Below, piece after piece: positions 56,245 to 64,000 of a stretch of 64,000 nt of DNA (position 1 is the first letter of the stretch; every line of letters starts with the position of its first letter). A program made the position numbers and the translations under genes. The notes under the pieces are model-generated. The model made no database searches. It saw only the letters and a list, made by a program, of their open reading frames with translations, and had not been told where the DNA came from. The stretch is from positions 19,002 to 83,001 of the forward strand of contig CAZDLO010000005.1 in NCBI GenBank assembly GCA_964506325.1, read 5' to 3'. The stretch comes from an uncultured Tangfeifania sp. GTDB taxonomy: Bacteria; Bacteroidota; Bacteroidia; Bacteroidales; Prolixibacteraceae.

Positions 56245-57009
56245 ATGACAGGCAATAAAACTTTTATAAGTTTGTTGTACCCAGTTGCAATCAAAGTGGA
56301 AAAGAAAAATACTCAATGGATCACGGCGGAAATCTATGGAAAAAATCCAAGGCATTATGTTGCTGTCGATTGTTCCATATTCGGATATGAGGATGGCGAG
56401 CTCAGATTATTGCTCTATCCGCGCGGATTTGAGCCCTCCCAGGGCAAATGGTCATTGATGGGAGGATTTGTCTGTGGCGACGAATCACTGGAAGAGGCAG
56501 CAGGGCGTGTTCTTTTTCAGACTACCGGACTGCACGACATTTTCCTCGAACAGGTTTCAGCCTTTTCGAAACCAGACCGTGATCCGGGTGCGAGGGTAAT
56601 TAGTGTCACCTTCGTCGCTCTTATCAGGATCGATTTGCACGACAAGGAATTGGCCAGTCAAAACGGTGCATTGTGGTGGCCCGTGACAAAGTTGCCGGAA
56701 ATGATATTTGACCATGAGGATATGGTCAGGAATTCGCTCTCCTTTCTGCAGCAAAAGGCAGTGGTGGTGCTGCTGGGTAAAGAACTTCTCCCTGAGAAAT
56801 TTACGTTGATGCAATTGCGGAACCTCTATGAAGCCCTGTTTCTAAAACCTATCGATCCGGGAAATTTCCGGAAGAAAGTTCTCTCACTGAATGTGCTTGA
56901 ACGTTTGGACGAAAAAAACACCTCCGAATCCAGGAAAGGTGCTTTTTACTACAGGTACCAGACGCCGGCCCTTGACCCTTCCGCTGCAAATATTGCCAAA
57001 TTTCCCTGA
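56245..57009 (+). CDS. Nudix-domain transcriptional regulator (NrtR-like: Nudix plus a C-terminal winged helix)
   Basis: The Nudix-fold region is VAVDCSIFGYEDGELRLLL..GKWSLMGGFVCGDESLEEAAGRVLFQTTGL. About 90 aa of C-terminal extension (FTLMQLRNLYEALF..GNFRKKV) resembles the NrtR DNA-binding domain. The ATG at 56245 is preferred over the TTG at 56233. Confidence 0.75.
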   Translation: MTGNKTFISLLYPVAIKVEKKNTQWITAEIYGKNPRHYVAVDCSIFGYEDGELRLLLYPRGFEPSQGKWSLMGGFVCGDESLEEAAGRVLFQTTGLHDIFLEQVSAFSKPDRDPGARVISVTFVALIRIDLHDKELASQNGALWWPVTKLPEMIFDHEDMVRNSLSFLQQKAVVVLLGKELLPEKFTLMQLRNLYEALFLKPIDPGNFRKKVLSLNVLERLDEKNTSESRKGAFYYRYQTPALDPSAANIAKFP

Positions 57010-57092
57010 ACCGGCGGGTTGCCCGAATGGTTGGGGTAATGCTGTAACAATGTTATCATTGGCTCAGGAATCGCCAAAAATGGGACATCTTC

Positions 57093-57560
57093 TTACAAAC
57101 CACCAAAAATCCCTTTGATTGTTCTGTGAAACTTGTGAAAAGACTTCACAGGCGGAGCGTACATCAGGATACATTTTTTGGTGATCACCGGTAGCCCCAG
57201 CCTGTCAATGCATTGCTGTACCTCGTTCGACCAGGACCCTTGTTGAAGCCAGATTTTTTTTAACCCTATCTCCGCCGCTTCTTCCAGCACCCCTGGAACA
57301 TTTTTGGGAGGTATGGAAATCCATAATGCTTCAACCTTCCCCTCCAGGGACTTCAGGTTCGGGTAGCAGGCAATGCCATTAATTTCAACAGCTTCCGGGT
57401 GAACCGGAAAAATTTCATACCCTTTGGCAAGTAGCTCTTTAGCGGTCATGTGGCCAAATTTTTTGTCTGAACGCGACATGCCAACCAGGGCTAATTTCTT
57501 ACAACTGATAAATTCATCAATCAATTGATTCATATGCATAAAATTTGTTTTTTCCCCCAC
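57093..57560 (-). CDS. CoA-binding domain protein (YccU-like)
   Basis: KKLALVGMSRSDKKFGHMTAKELLAKGYEIFPVHP is typical of CoA_binding_2 proteins. The true start is probably MHMNQL or MNQL at 57539 or 57533. Confidence 0.8.
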   Translation of the reverse strand: MGEKTNFMHMNQLIDEFISCKKLALVGMSRSDKKFGHMTAKELLAKGYEIFPVHPEAVEINGIACYPNLKSLEGKVEALWISIPPKNVPGVLEEAAEIGLKKIWLQQGSWSNEVQQCIDRLGLPVITKKCILMYAPPVKSFHKFHRTIKGIFGGL

Positions 57561-57667
57561 AGAACACCCTGGAATTCATTTTTTGTTGCTACGGCATGCC
57601 GGAGTGGCTATTCTGTCAGCATGAAGTCGGTTGTTCGTAGTTCAATATTCCAAACTAATTTATCTGA

Positions 57668-60445
57668 TCACATCTTGCCGTTTTTGCTGCCCGGCAGAAA
57701 ATTCCTTGCCGGGATCAGGTAAACAGGGGCTAATAACCCTGAATCCTCCGGCGTTTTATTGGCGGCGTCGTAGGGTTGGTACCTGATATTGACAAAATTC
57801 ACTTCATAAAAATTTTTCCAGTTTCCACCTTCCCTGTCAATCTGTATTATCCTGTTGAAAGATAGGTTTGTTAACTCAATTTCAATTTTGTTCGATGGCC
57901 TTATTACCCCTTCCGGTATCAAAAGCCGGTTGGGTAAACACCAGTTGAGTCCCATTTCCCTGCCGTTGATTCTGACAGAGGCCGTTTCACGGACTATCCC
58001 CAAATCCAAAATGAATTCACCTGGATTCAGCAGGTTCCCAGGTACTTCAAAATTGGTCGAATATATTGCCTTCCCACTGAAGGTAAGGTATTTGCCTCCT
58101 GATTTCGTCCAGGAACCCATTTGTTGCAAAACAACAGGTTCCGGAACTTCCGGCGCCCCTTTCGTAGGTGTTAACAACCAGCTGCTTCCTATTTCGATCC
58201 TGTTGCCTGTATCGGCGGCAAGGTACCTCCAGCTGCCATTGGCAGGTTTTTCCCCGGTGCAGCTCAGGAAACAAGATTGCCCTGGCAATAACTGCAGGTA
58301 AACGGAAGTGCCTTTTTTGGTTTTCCGGGTTGAAGCTATTCCCCGCTTTTCATTTACCGGGTCATAAATTTCTACCGACCCCGACCTGGTGCAAAGTTCT
58401 ACCCACCCCTCACTGAACTTGTCAGAAAGGTTGGTGACGAAATAAATGGTTTGATCTCCGGATTTCTTCCTGGTAAATTCCAGTCCTTTGCTACAAAGTT
58501 CTTCAGCATGAATACCCTTATTTGAAAGAGCTTCCATGATATCTGAAGTCACAGAAACGGTGCGCCCGGGCTTTGCCATCACCGACTTCATCCTTGTCAT
58601 TGCTTTCATGGAGTTTTCCCTGTCTGCCAAACCTGGTACATCCTCGGGGATGCCATTCTCGAACAGAATGGTGGCTCCCTGTTTTGCCAGTTCATTCAGC
58701 GCAGTTAAGGTGGATAACGGCATGTGCTCAATGGCCGGAATAACGATGGCCTTATACCTTATGCCTCCAGACCTAATGCCTTTCCCGTCCATCTTTAAAT
58801 TTCCTATCATGCGGTCAGAAATATAATCGAAGGCATATCCTTCGTCCCATAACTGCCGGGCCATCCTGCCAAAATTTGAATTTTGCAGCCATACATTTGA
58901 TTTATGCACATCAAATAACCGGATCAGCAGTTCCGATTTCTGCTGCCTCCATATTTCATGAATCGGAAAATAGAGCAGGATATCATTGTCCGCAACAGAA
59001 TTCTGTAAAATATCCTGGCACTTTGCGATGTATCCTGTCAGGGCCGGCAATTCATTCCAGAAATGGGAAGTTGGGCCGTAATTGGTTGATGCATAGAATA
59101 ATCTGCCCGGGAATGGCTTTTCCAGGGGCGAATAGGTGGTTCCATGGAAAAACAGGTGGTTGATTCCTGAAACAAACAACTCGTCGACCTGGGGTTTTAT
59201 TTGAGACAGGGATACTTTAAAGTGATCTCCCAGCCAGGTTGTCGACTCTGAGCTTACCAGCCGGTGCCCAGCAAGGTGTGCCGCCGAAGAGGCGAATTTC
59301 ATGGTTAGCGGATTAGGTCTGCCAAACCTGGTTTCCTCGAAATCAGCATCCTGACGGAGTCCGGGGATTTTAAAACCGCTGGCCCCGAAGGATTCTGTCT
59401 CAGGTATATCGGACAAAGCGTAAAGGTCAAGTATATTACCCGGGGATCCATGTGCCTGGTTCCGGGTTAGCATCCCCATGGCATGGCTCTTTTTTACCCA
59501 GTTTGCAGTAAATTTTTCGTACAGCAAGTCTGAAACTGTTTCGCAATAATCTGCGACAACCCTTTGCCTGGTGTCAGTCGTGACAGTATCTGCAATGTAA
59601 TTCAGGTAATTCAGAAGGTCGTATCCTCTCCGGGTTCTGAATTCTGACAGAAAACCTGCAGTCCAGTTGGCCCCGTATACTTCATAGGAATCGTTGTAAA
59701 ATGCCCGAAGACCGGACTTTTCATTGCCGTACCTGCCAAAGGCATCCTCAAACTGTTTCATATATCCGGCAATGGCTGTGTCACTGAAGTAATCCATTAC
59801 AAGTCCCTCACCTCCGGGTGCCGCCCGTTTCACTTTTTGTTGTGTGTACCCCTGAAATGCCGCATACACCTTCCACGGCTCCCGGATCTCACCCCAGTGA
59901 ATGGTTCCATCAGCATCAACCTGTGAAGTAATGTTCCTGGAATTTCCATTTGGATCATAGGCCATCAGGGCGATTAATGTAGAATTGGATTTAGGTTTGA
60001 AATAATCCCGGATTCCGGATTGACCCGAAATTTTAACCGGCAGGACATAAAATGTTTTGGCAGCGCTGGTTTCGTTGATTCCGGGACCGCCAAACGGCCA
60101 TCCGGTGCCGGAGGTCATGTCGACACCCATATCCAGGCGTTTTGCCTCTTTCATGGTATGCCCCAGCATTTCCATCCATTGAGGTGAGAGGAACCGGATA
60201 AAATTCTGTTCATCCCCCTTTTCTCCATAAATAGGTACTATATGTACACCGCCAATTCCGGCAGTATGCATGTTCTCCAGGTTCTCGGTGATTCCTTTTT
60301 TAGTCACTGAACTTCCCATCCACCACCAGTAAGTCCAGGGTTTCACTTCATTTTTTGAAACAACGGGTTTGCAGGCTCCTTCAACGGATACAAGCATCAG
60401 AAGAAAGAGAAACAGAAGTGCTGTTGGTCTTGAAGACAGAGTCAT
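57668..60445 (-). CDS. Large secreted glycoside hydrolase-like protein (GH106-like, with a C-terminal sugar-binding jelly roll)
   Basis: Has a signal peptide, then KPWTYWWWMGSSVTKKGITENLENMHTAGIGGVHIVPIYG. The C-terminus is LDLGIVRETASVRINGREMGLNWCLPNRLLIP..NKIEIELTN, a GH2-type sugar-binding-like domain. The GH106 label is from memory of that family's N-terminal pattern. The start is placed at MTLSSRP (60445). Confidence 0.65.
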   Translation of the reverse strand: MTLSSRPTALLFLFLLMLVSVEGACKPVVSKNEVKPWTYWWWMGSSVTKKGITENLENMHTAGIGGVHIVPIYGEKGDEQNFIRFLSPQWMEMLGHTMKEAKRLDMGVDMTSGTGWPFGGPGINETSAAKTFYVLPVKISGQSGIRDYFKPKSNSTLIALMAYDPNGNSRNITSQVDADGTIHWGEIREPWKVYAAFQGYTQQKVKRAAPGGEGLVMDYFSDTAIAGYMKQFEDAFGRYGNEKSGLRAFYNDSYEVYGANWTAGFLSEFRTRRGYDLLNYLNYIADTVTTDTRQRVVADYCETVSDLLYEKFTANWVKKSHAMGMLTRNQAHGSPGNILDLYALSDIPETESFGASGFKIPGLRQDADFEETRFGRPNPLTMKFASSAAHLAGHRLVSSESTTWLGDHFKVSLSQIKPQVDELFVSGINHLFFHGTTYSPLEKPFPGRLFYASTNYGPTSHFWNELPALTGYIAKCQDILQNSVADNDILLYFPIHEIWRQQKSELLIRLFDVHKSNVWLQNSNFGRMARQLWDEGYAFDYISDRMIGNLKMDGKGIRSGGIRYKAIVIPAIEHMPLSTLTALNELAKQGATILFENGIPEDVPGLADRENSMKAMTRMKSVMAKPGRTVSVTSDIMEALSNKGIHAEELCSKGLEFTRKKSGDQTIYFVTNLSDKFSEGWVELCTRSGSVEIYDPVNEKRGIASTRKTKKGTSVYLQLLPGQSCFLSCTGEKPANGSWRYLAADTGNRIEIGSSWLLTPTKGAPEVPEPVVLQQMGSWTKSGGKYLTFSGKAIYSTNFEVPGNLLNPGEFILDLGIVRETASVRINGREMGLNWCLPNRLLIPEGVIRPSNKIEIELTNLSFNRIIQIDREGGNWKNFYEVNFVNIRYQPYDAANKTPEDSGLLAPVYLIPARNFLPGSKNGKM

Positions 60446-60819
60446 GATGCTGATTTTTGTTCCCCTAAATGTAGGATGTTTTTCGCAAATTGACGTCACC
60501 CGATATCAAATCCTCAGCTATATTTTGGGCCGGTCAGGGCAGGCGCTTCCGGATATGGGTGTTGACCTGCATCTCTGTCCGGCAACACGCAACATTCAGG
60601 ATGAAAGAGTATCTGACCTTCCCGGGGAATTCAGGGAAATTAAATTTTACTTACTTCTTGTTGTCTATTGGAACACGATTTTTTTAATGTTATTTTTAAG
60701 GGTTATAAACATCATGATGTTGAATTATCAGTTGTGATGCCGAAAATAATTATGAGAATTAAAGTTCAGTCGATCAGTGTGTTAATACATGTTGTACCAA
60801 ATATCAACCTTTCTACAAA

Positions 60820-61890
60820 ATGAAAAAAACTTCAATTTTCGCAGTGTTCATGGTGATAATCCTATCTCTTTCTGACGGCAGGCATGCCAACGGGCAAACA
60901 AAACCTGTTTCCGGTCCTTACATCACATTTGAGAACAGGGAAGCCGACCGTCAGGTAGATGTCCTCGTGGATGGCAAACCTTTTACTTCCTTTTGCTGGT
61001 ATGGCAATGTTTTTAAACCCGTCCTATATCCGATACTGACAGCTGCCGGGACAGAAGTCACAAGGGGTTTTCCCCTCAGGACAAAGGCTGGAGAGCGTAA
61101 TGACCACCCTCACCAGATTGGGATGTGGTTTACCTACGGGAACGTTGACGGGAACGATTTCTGGGGGAATGGTTCAAAAGGATTGGGAAAGAAAAATGCC
61201 AACGGGGGAGTTATAAAACACCTGAAGGTTAACAAAATTAGTGGAGGGCCAGGTGAGGGCGTGCTTGTTTCCACGGAAAGCTGGACAGATTCAACAGGCC
61301 ATGAATTGCTGACTGAACATACCGAATATCACTTTATTGCCCGGGGACAAACCCGTCTGATTGACCGTATTACTACGCTGACAGCCAAAAGTAAAACCTT
61401 GTCTTTGGCCGATACCAAGGAAGGAATGTTCGGAATCCGTGTTGCCCGGCAGCTTGAGCTGCCTTCCAAAGGAGATGTCACCCTTACCGATGCACAGGGA
61501 AACCCTACACTGGTGAAAGGATTGCCAAACCAGGAGGTAACAGGAAATTTCAGCAGCAGCGAAGGAATTACAGGTGAAGCCGTGTGGAGTACCCGTGCCA
61601 GATGGATGAACCTTTTTGGCAATATCCGGGGAGAGAAAATCTCTTTGGTCATCTGTGACCACCCTAAAAATCCAAACTATCCAACGTACTGGCATGCAAG
61701 AGGGTATGGGTTATTTGCGGCCAACCCCCTTGGAGTCAGGGATTTCACCAAAGGTAAAGAGGAGTTGAATTTCTCCTTGCCAGCCGGGAAATCAGTGACT
61801 TTCAGATTCAGGTTGGTGGTCAGCTCCGGCACACATCTTTCCAATGCTGAAATAAATGCCCTCGCCGGTGAATTTGCAAAAACATATTGA
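60820..61890 (+). CDS. PmoA-like / DUF6807 family secreted protein
   Basis: Has a signal peptide. The blocks GERNDHPHQIGMWFTYGNVDGNDFWG and CDHPKNPNYPTYWHARGYGLFAANPLG are characteristic of the PmoA-like family that usually neighbours Gfo/Idh/MocA genes. Confidence 0.8.
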   Translation: MKKTSIFAVFMVIILSLSDGRHANGQTKPVSGPYITFENREADRQVDVLVDGKPFTSFCWYGNVFKPVLYPILTAAGTEVTRGFPLRTKAGERNDHPHQIGMWFTYGNVDGNDFWGNGSKGLGKKNANGGVIKHLKVNKISGGPGEGVLVSTESWTDSTGHELLTEHTEYHFIARGQTRLIDRITTLTAKSKTLSLADTKEGMFGIRVARQLELPSKGDVTLTDAQGNPTLVKGLPNQEVTGNFSSSEGITGEAVWSTRARWMNLFGNIRGEKISLVICDHPKNPNYPTYWHARGYGLFAANPLGVRDFTKGKEELNFSLPAGKSVTFRFRLVVSSGTHLSNAEINALAGEFAKTY

Positions 61891-61972
61891 TCTATAGTGT
61901 ATTGATAATCAGAAGTAAATTGAATCTGTAATAAATATTTTCAGCTATTATACTACTAAAACAGCTACAACC

Positions 61973-63343
61973 ATGACAGCAAGAAGAGATTTTATCAGGA
62001 ATGGCACTCTGGGTACTTCCGGAATAGTCATTGGCGGACTTGGACTTAGTGCAAAATCCTATGGTTCCATCCTGGGGGCCAACGAGCGGGTCAATATTGG
62101 CATTGTTGGAATACGTTCCCAGGGTCAATCCCATATCACAGGTTATTCAAGGCTGAAAAATGCTCAGGTAACAGCCTTGTGCGATGTTGACAGCAACCTG
62201 TTTGATGAACGGGTTAAAAAGCATTTTACGGACAAGGGTTTGGCAAAGCCAAAGCTTTTTACGGATATGAGGAAGATGTATGAGGACAAAGACATTGATG
62301 CCGTTTCTGTTGTAACACCCAATCACTGGCATGCACTAGCCTCTATCTGGGCAATGCAGGCAGGCAAGCATGTATCGGTAGAAAAACCTTGCTGTTATAA
62401 TTTCTTCGAAGGGCAGAAACTGGTTGAGGCTGCTGAAAAATACAAGGTAATCGTTCAGGACGGTGCAGAACAAAGAAGCAATCCGTGTTCTCAAACCATG
62501 GCCGAATACCTGCACACCGGGAAGCTGGGTGAAGTCTACATGGCCAAAGGCCTTTGCTACAAATGGCGCGATACAATCGGTAAAACCCCGGATGAAGCGG
62601 TTCCTGCAGGTGTTGATTATGATCTATGGCTTGGGCCGGCACCAAAGAGGCCCTTCTCGAAAAACAGGTTTCACTACAACTGGCACTGGAACTGGGACTA
62701 TGGCAACGGCGACATGGGCAACCAGGGTGTACATGAGATGGATATTGCACGCTGGGGACTTGGGGTCACCCTGCCGACAAAAATAAGCACCGCAGGAGGT
62801 CATTTCATGTTTGATGACGACCAGCAGACCCCGAACGATCTTATCGCAGTTTTTGAGTTTCCAAATCCACAGGGAGGTGGAGACAAGAAGAAGATCCTCC
62901 AGTTTGAAGTGCGTCACTGGATTACCAACCGGGAGGGAGTAATCAGTGAAAATCCCGGTCCGGACAATACCTACATGGTCAGTTCGGACAATACCATCGG
63001 CAACCTGTTTTATGGCTCCAAAGGTTATTTGACAAAAAACGTGAATCAGTGGCAGTCGTTTTTTGGCAAGGAGAGGGTAGCTGGTGACATGGGCTCCGGC
63101 CTTGCCGACCATTACGCCAACTTTGTCGATGCCATCCGTGCCAACGACCAGAAACTGGCAAAGGGTGATATCCGTGACGGCTTTTATTCCTGTGCCTTGA
63201 TGCACCTGGGAAATATTTCCTACAGGCTGGGGAGATCCCTGGAATTTGATCCTGTCAAAATGAAGTTTATCAATGCCCCAGACGCCGATGCCTTGCTGAC
63301 ACGTCAGTACAGAAAGCCATTTGTGGTTCCGGACAAAATATAA
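61973..63343 (+). CDS. TAT-exported Gfo/Idh/MocA-family oxidoreductase
   Basis: Twin-arginine signal MTARRDFIRNGTLGTSGIVIGG. Rossmann motif VNIGIVGIRSQG. Also VVTPNHWHA and GKHVSVEKP. Confidence 0.85.
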   Translation: MTARRDFIRNGTLGTSGIVIGGLGLSAKSYGSILGANERVNIGIVGIRSQGQSHITGYSRLKNAQVTALCDVDSNLFDERVKKHFTDKGLAKPKLFTDMRKMYEDKDIDAVSVVTPNHWHALASIWAMQAGKHVSVEKPCCYNFFEGQKLVEAAEKYKVIVQDGAEQRSNPCSQTMAEYLHTGKLGEVYMAKGLCYKWRDTIGKTPDEAVPAGVDYDLWLGPAPKRPFSKNRFHYNWHWNWDYGNGDMGNQGVHEMDIARWGLGVTLPTKISTAGGHFMFDDDQQTPNDLIAVFEFPNPQGGGDKKKILQFEVRHWITNREGVISENPGPDNTYMVSSDNTIGNLFYGSKGYLTKNVNQWQSFFGKERVAGDMGSGLADHYANFVDAIRANDQKLAKGDIRDGFYSCALMHLGNISYRLGRSLEFDPVKMKFINAPDADALLTRQYRKPFVVPDKI

Positions 63344-63410
63344 CATAAATACCTGATAATCAGACATATAGAAATTATTGTAATTTATATTCCTTTTTTC
63401 CCGTTGTTCC

Positions 63411-64000
63411 ATGACCAGTTCTGAGAGACTAATCGCGGCCCTCAATCACAGGGAGCCTGACAGAATACCCTATGACCTTGCCGGGACAACCGTAACCGGG
63501 ATCAGCAAAAAAGCTTACACCAGGGCCATGCAATACCGGGGGTACTCTTTTGATTACGACAAGAAGGAGATTGACCCTGTCCAGCAGATTGTTACGCCGG
63601 TTGAGGAAGTTCTCCGGCAACTTAATTCGGACATCCGGCGCATTGGCTCACGCAGGATTCCGGATTATGAAGAAATTGTCTCCGTGAAGGAGGGTGTTTC
63701 CGAACTAACCGATGCATGGGGATGCCAGTGGAAAATGGATGAATCCAGGGATCATTACTTCAACCAGTGTTCCTTTCCTCTTGCTCATTATTCCTCCATT
63801 GACGAAGGTTTGCAGCATTACAGGGCCCCCGACCTGGGCCTTCATTCCGGCGTTATCCTCCGTGATCTGGAGGAGCAGATCCGAAATGCCGGGGATTATG
63901 GCATTGTTGCCGACAGGAATTGTGCCGGACTTACAGAAACATCCCTGAGAATAAGGGGATATGAGAACTGGTACCTGGATACTATAACCGACCCTGCCGG
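63411..64000 (+). CDS. Uroporphyrinogen-decarboxylase (URO-D) family protein, 5' part; runs off the window
   Basis: Not in the ORF track because no stop occurs in the window. My translation from the ATG at 63411 is open for 196 codons: MTSSERLIAALNHREPDRIPYDLAGTTVTGISKKAY... The N-terminal ER..AALN.REPDR.P block is typical of URO-D/MtaA-like proteins. Confidence 0.7.
   Translation, partial: MTSSERLIAALNHREPDRIPYDLAGTTVTGISKKAYTRAMQYRGYSFDYDKKEIDPVQQIVTPVEEVLRQLNSDIRRIGSRRIPDYEEIVSVKEGVSELTDAWGCQWKMDESRDHYFNQCSFPLAHYSSIDEGLQHYRAPDLGLHSGVILRDLEEQIRNAGDYGIVADRNCAGLTETSLRIRGYENWYLDTITDPA

Noticed and set aside
62624-63445. 273-aa minus-strand ORF overlapping the second Gfo/Idh/MocA gene and the URO-D-like start
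   Set aside because: It is antisense to a confident CDS with clear family motifs, has no motifs of its own, and spans an intergenic region and a second gene's start.
1-64000. Searched for CRISPR arrays, IS elements or transposases, prophage genes, and toxin-antitoxin or known defence-system signatures
   Set aside because: No regularly spaced direct repeats were seen. No DDE or serine transposase, cas, restriction-modification, Abi, retron RT or similar motifs appear in any translated ORF. The only mobile-element trace is the decayed integrase at 5921-6441.

Overview
All family assignments below were made by eye from motifs in the supplied translations. No database search, HMM scan, RNA folding or composition calculation was run.

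This is a densely coded 64-kb chromosomal segment that looks like a Bacteroidota genome. The supporting signs are a fused CcoN-CcoO cbb3 oxidase, TAnnTTTG-type -7 boxes, a TonB-dependent receptor with a CarboxypepD_reg-type N-terminus, the CoaX/OMP/LptC/PpiD neighbourhood, DUF4294, and many TAT- or Sec-exported proteins of unknown function.

Content from left to right:
1. A minus-strand five-gene GDP-perosamine glycan operon (per, GT, gmd, FkbM methyltransferase, GT). Its 5' end abuts a gutted tyrosine integrase and a tRNA-Lys(CTT).
2. An SGNH hydrolase and a TlpA-like thioredoxin.
3. A GNAT plus class-V aminotransferase pair.
4. A complete cbb3 oxidase and assembly cluster: ccoS, fused ccoNO, an untracked ccoQ-like mini-ORF, ccoP, ccoG, ccoH, a DsbD_2/TauE-type membrane protein, and ccoI.
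5. A GH78 rhamnosidase.
6. Housekeeping genes: TrmH, an arginine-deiminase family protein, pcm, an MBL hydrolase, gcvP, ispE, ppiD-like, lptC, coaX, nadC and nadB.
7. A TAT-exported Gfo/Idh/MocA oxidoreductase next to a TonB-dependent receptor.
8. A beta-helix lipoprotein directly abutting an EEP-family gene.
9. An SSS transporter, NamZ (DUF1343) and a beta-lactamase-fold hydrolase.
10. A block of secreted proteins with no assigned pathway: DUF1080, NIPSNAP, a Nudix-type regulator, a GH106-like hydrolase, a PmoA-like DUF6807 protein, a second TAT Gfo/Idh/MocA oxidoreductase, and a URO-D-like protein cut by the window edge.

I saw no rRNA, CRISPR array, intact transposase or recognisable defence or toxin-antitoxin system. 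I cannot point to a clearly novel system. The best candidates are the secreted oxidoreductase, DUF1080 and PmoA-like block at 54.4-64 kb and the GNAT-aminotransferase pair at 9.4-11.2 kb.
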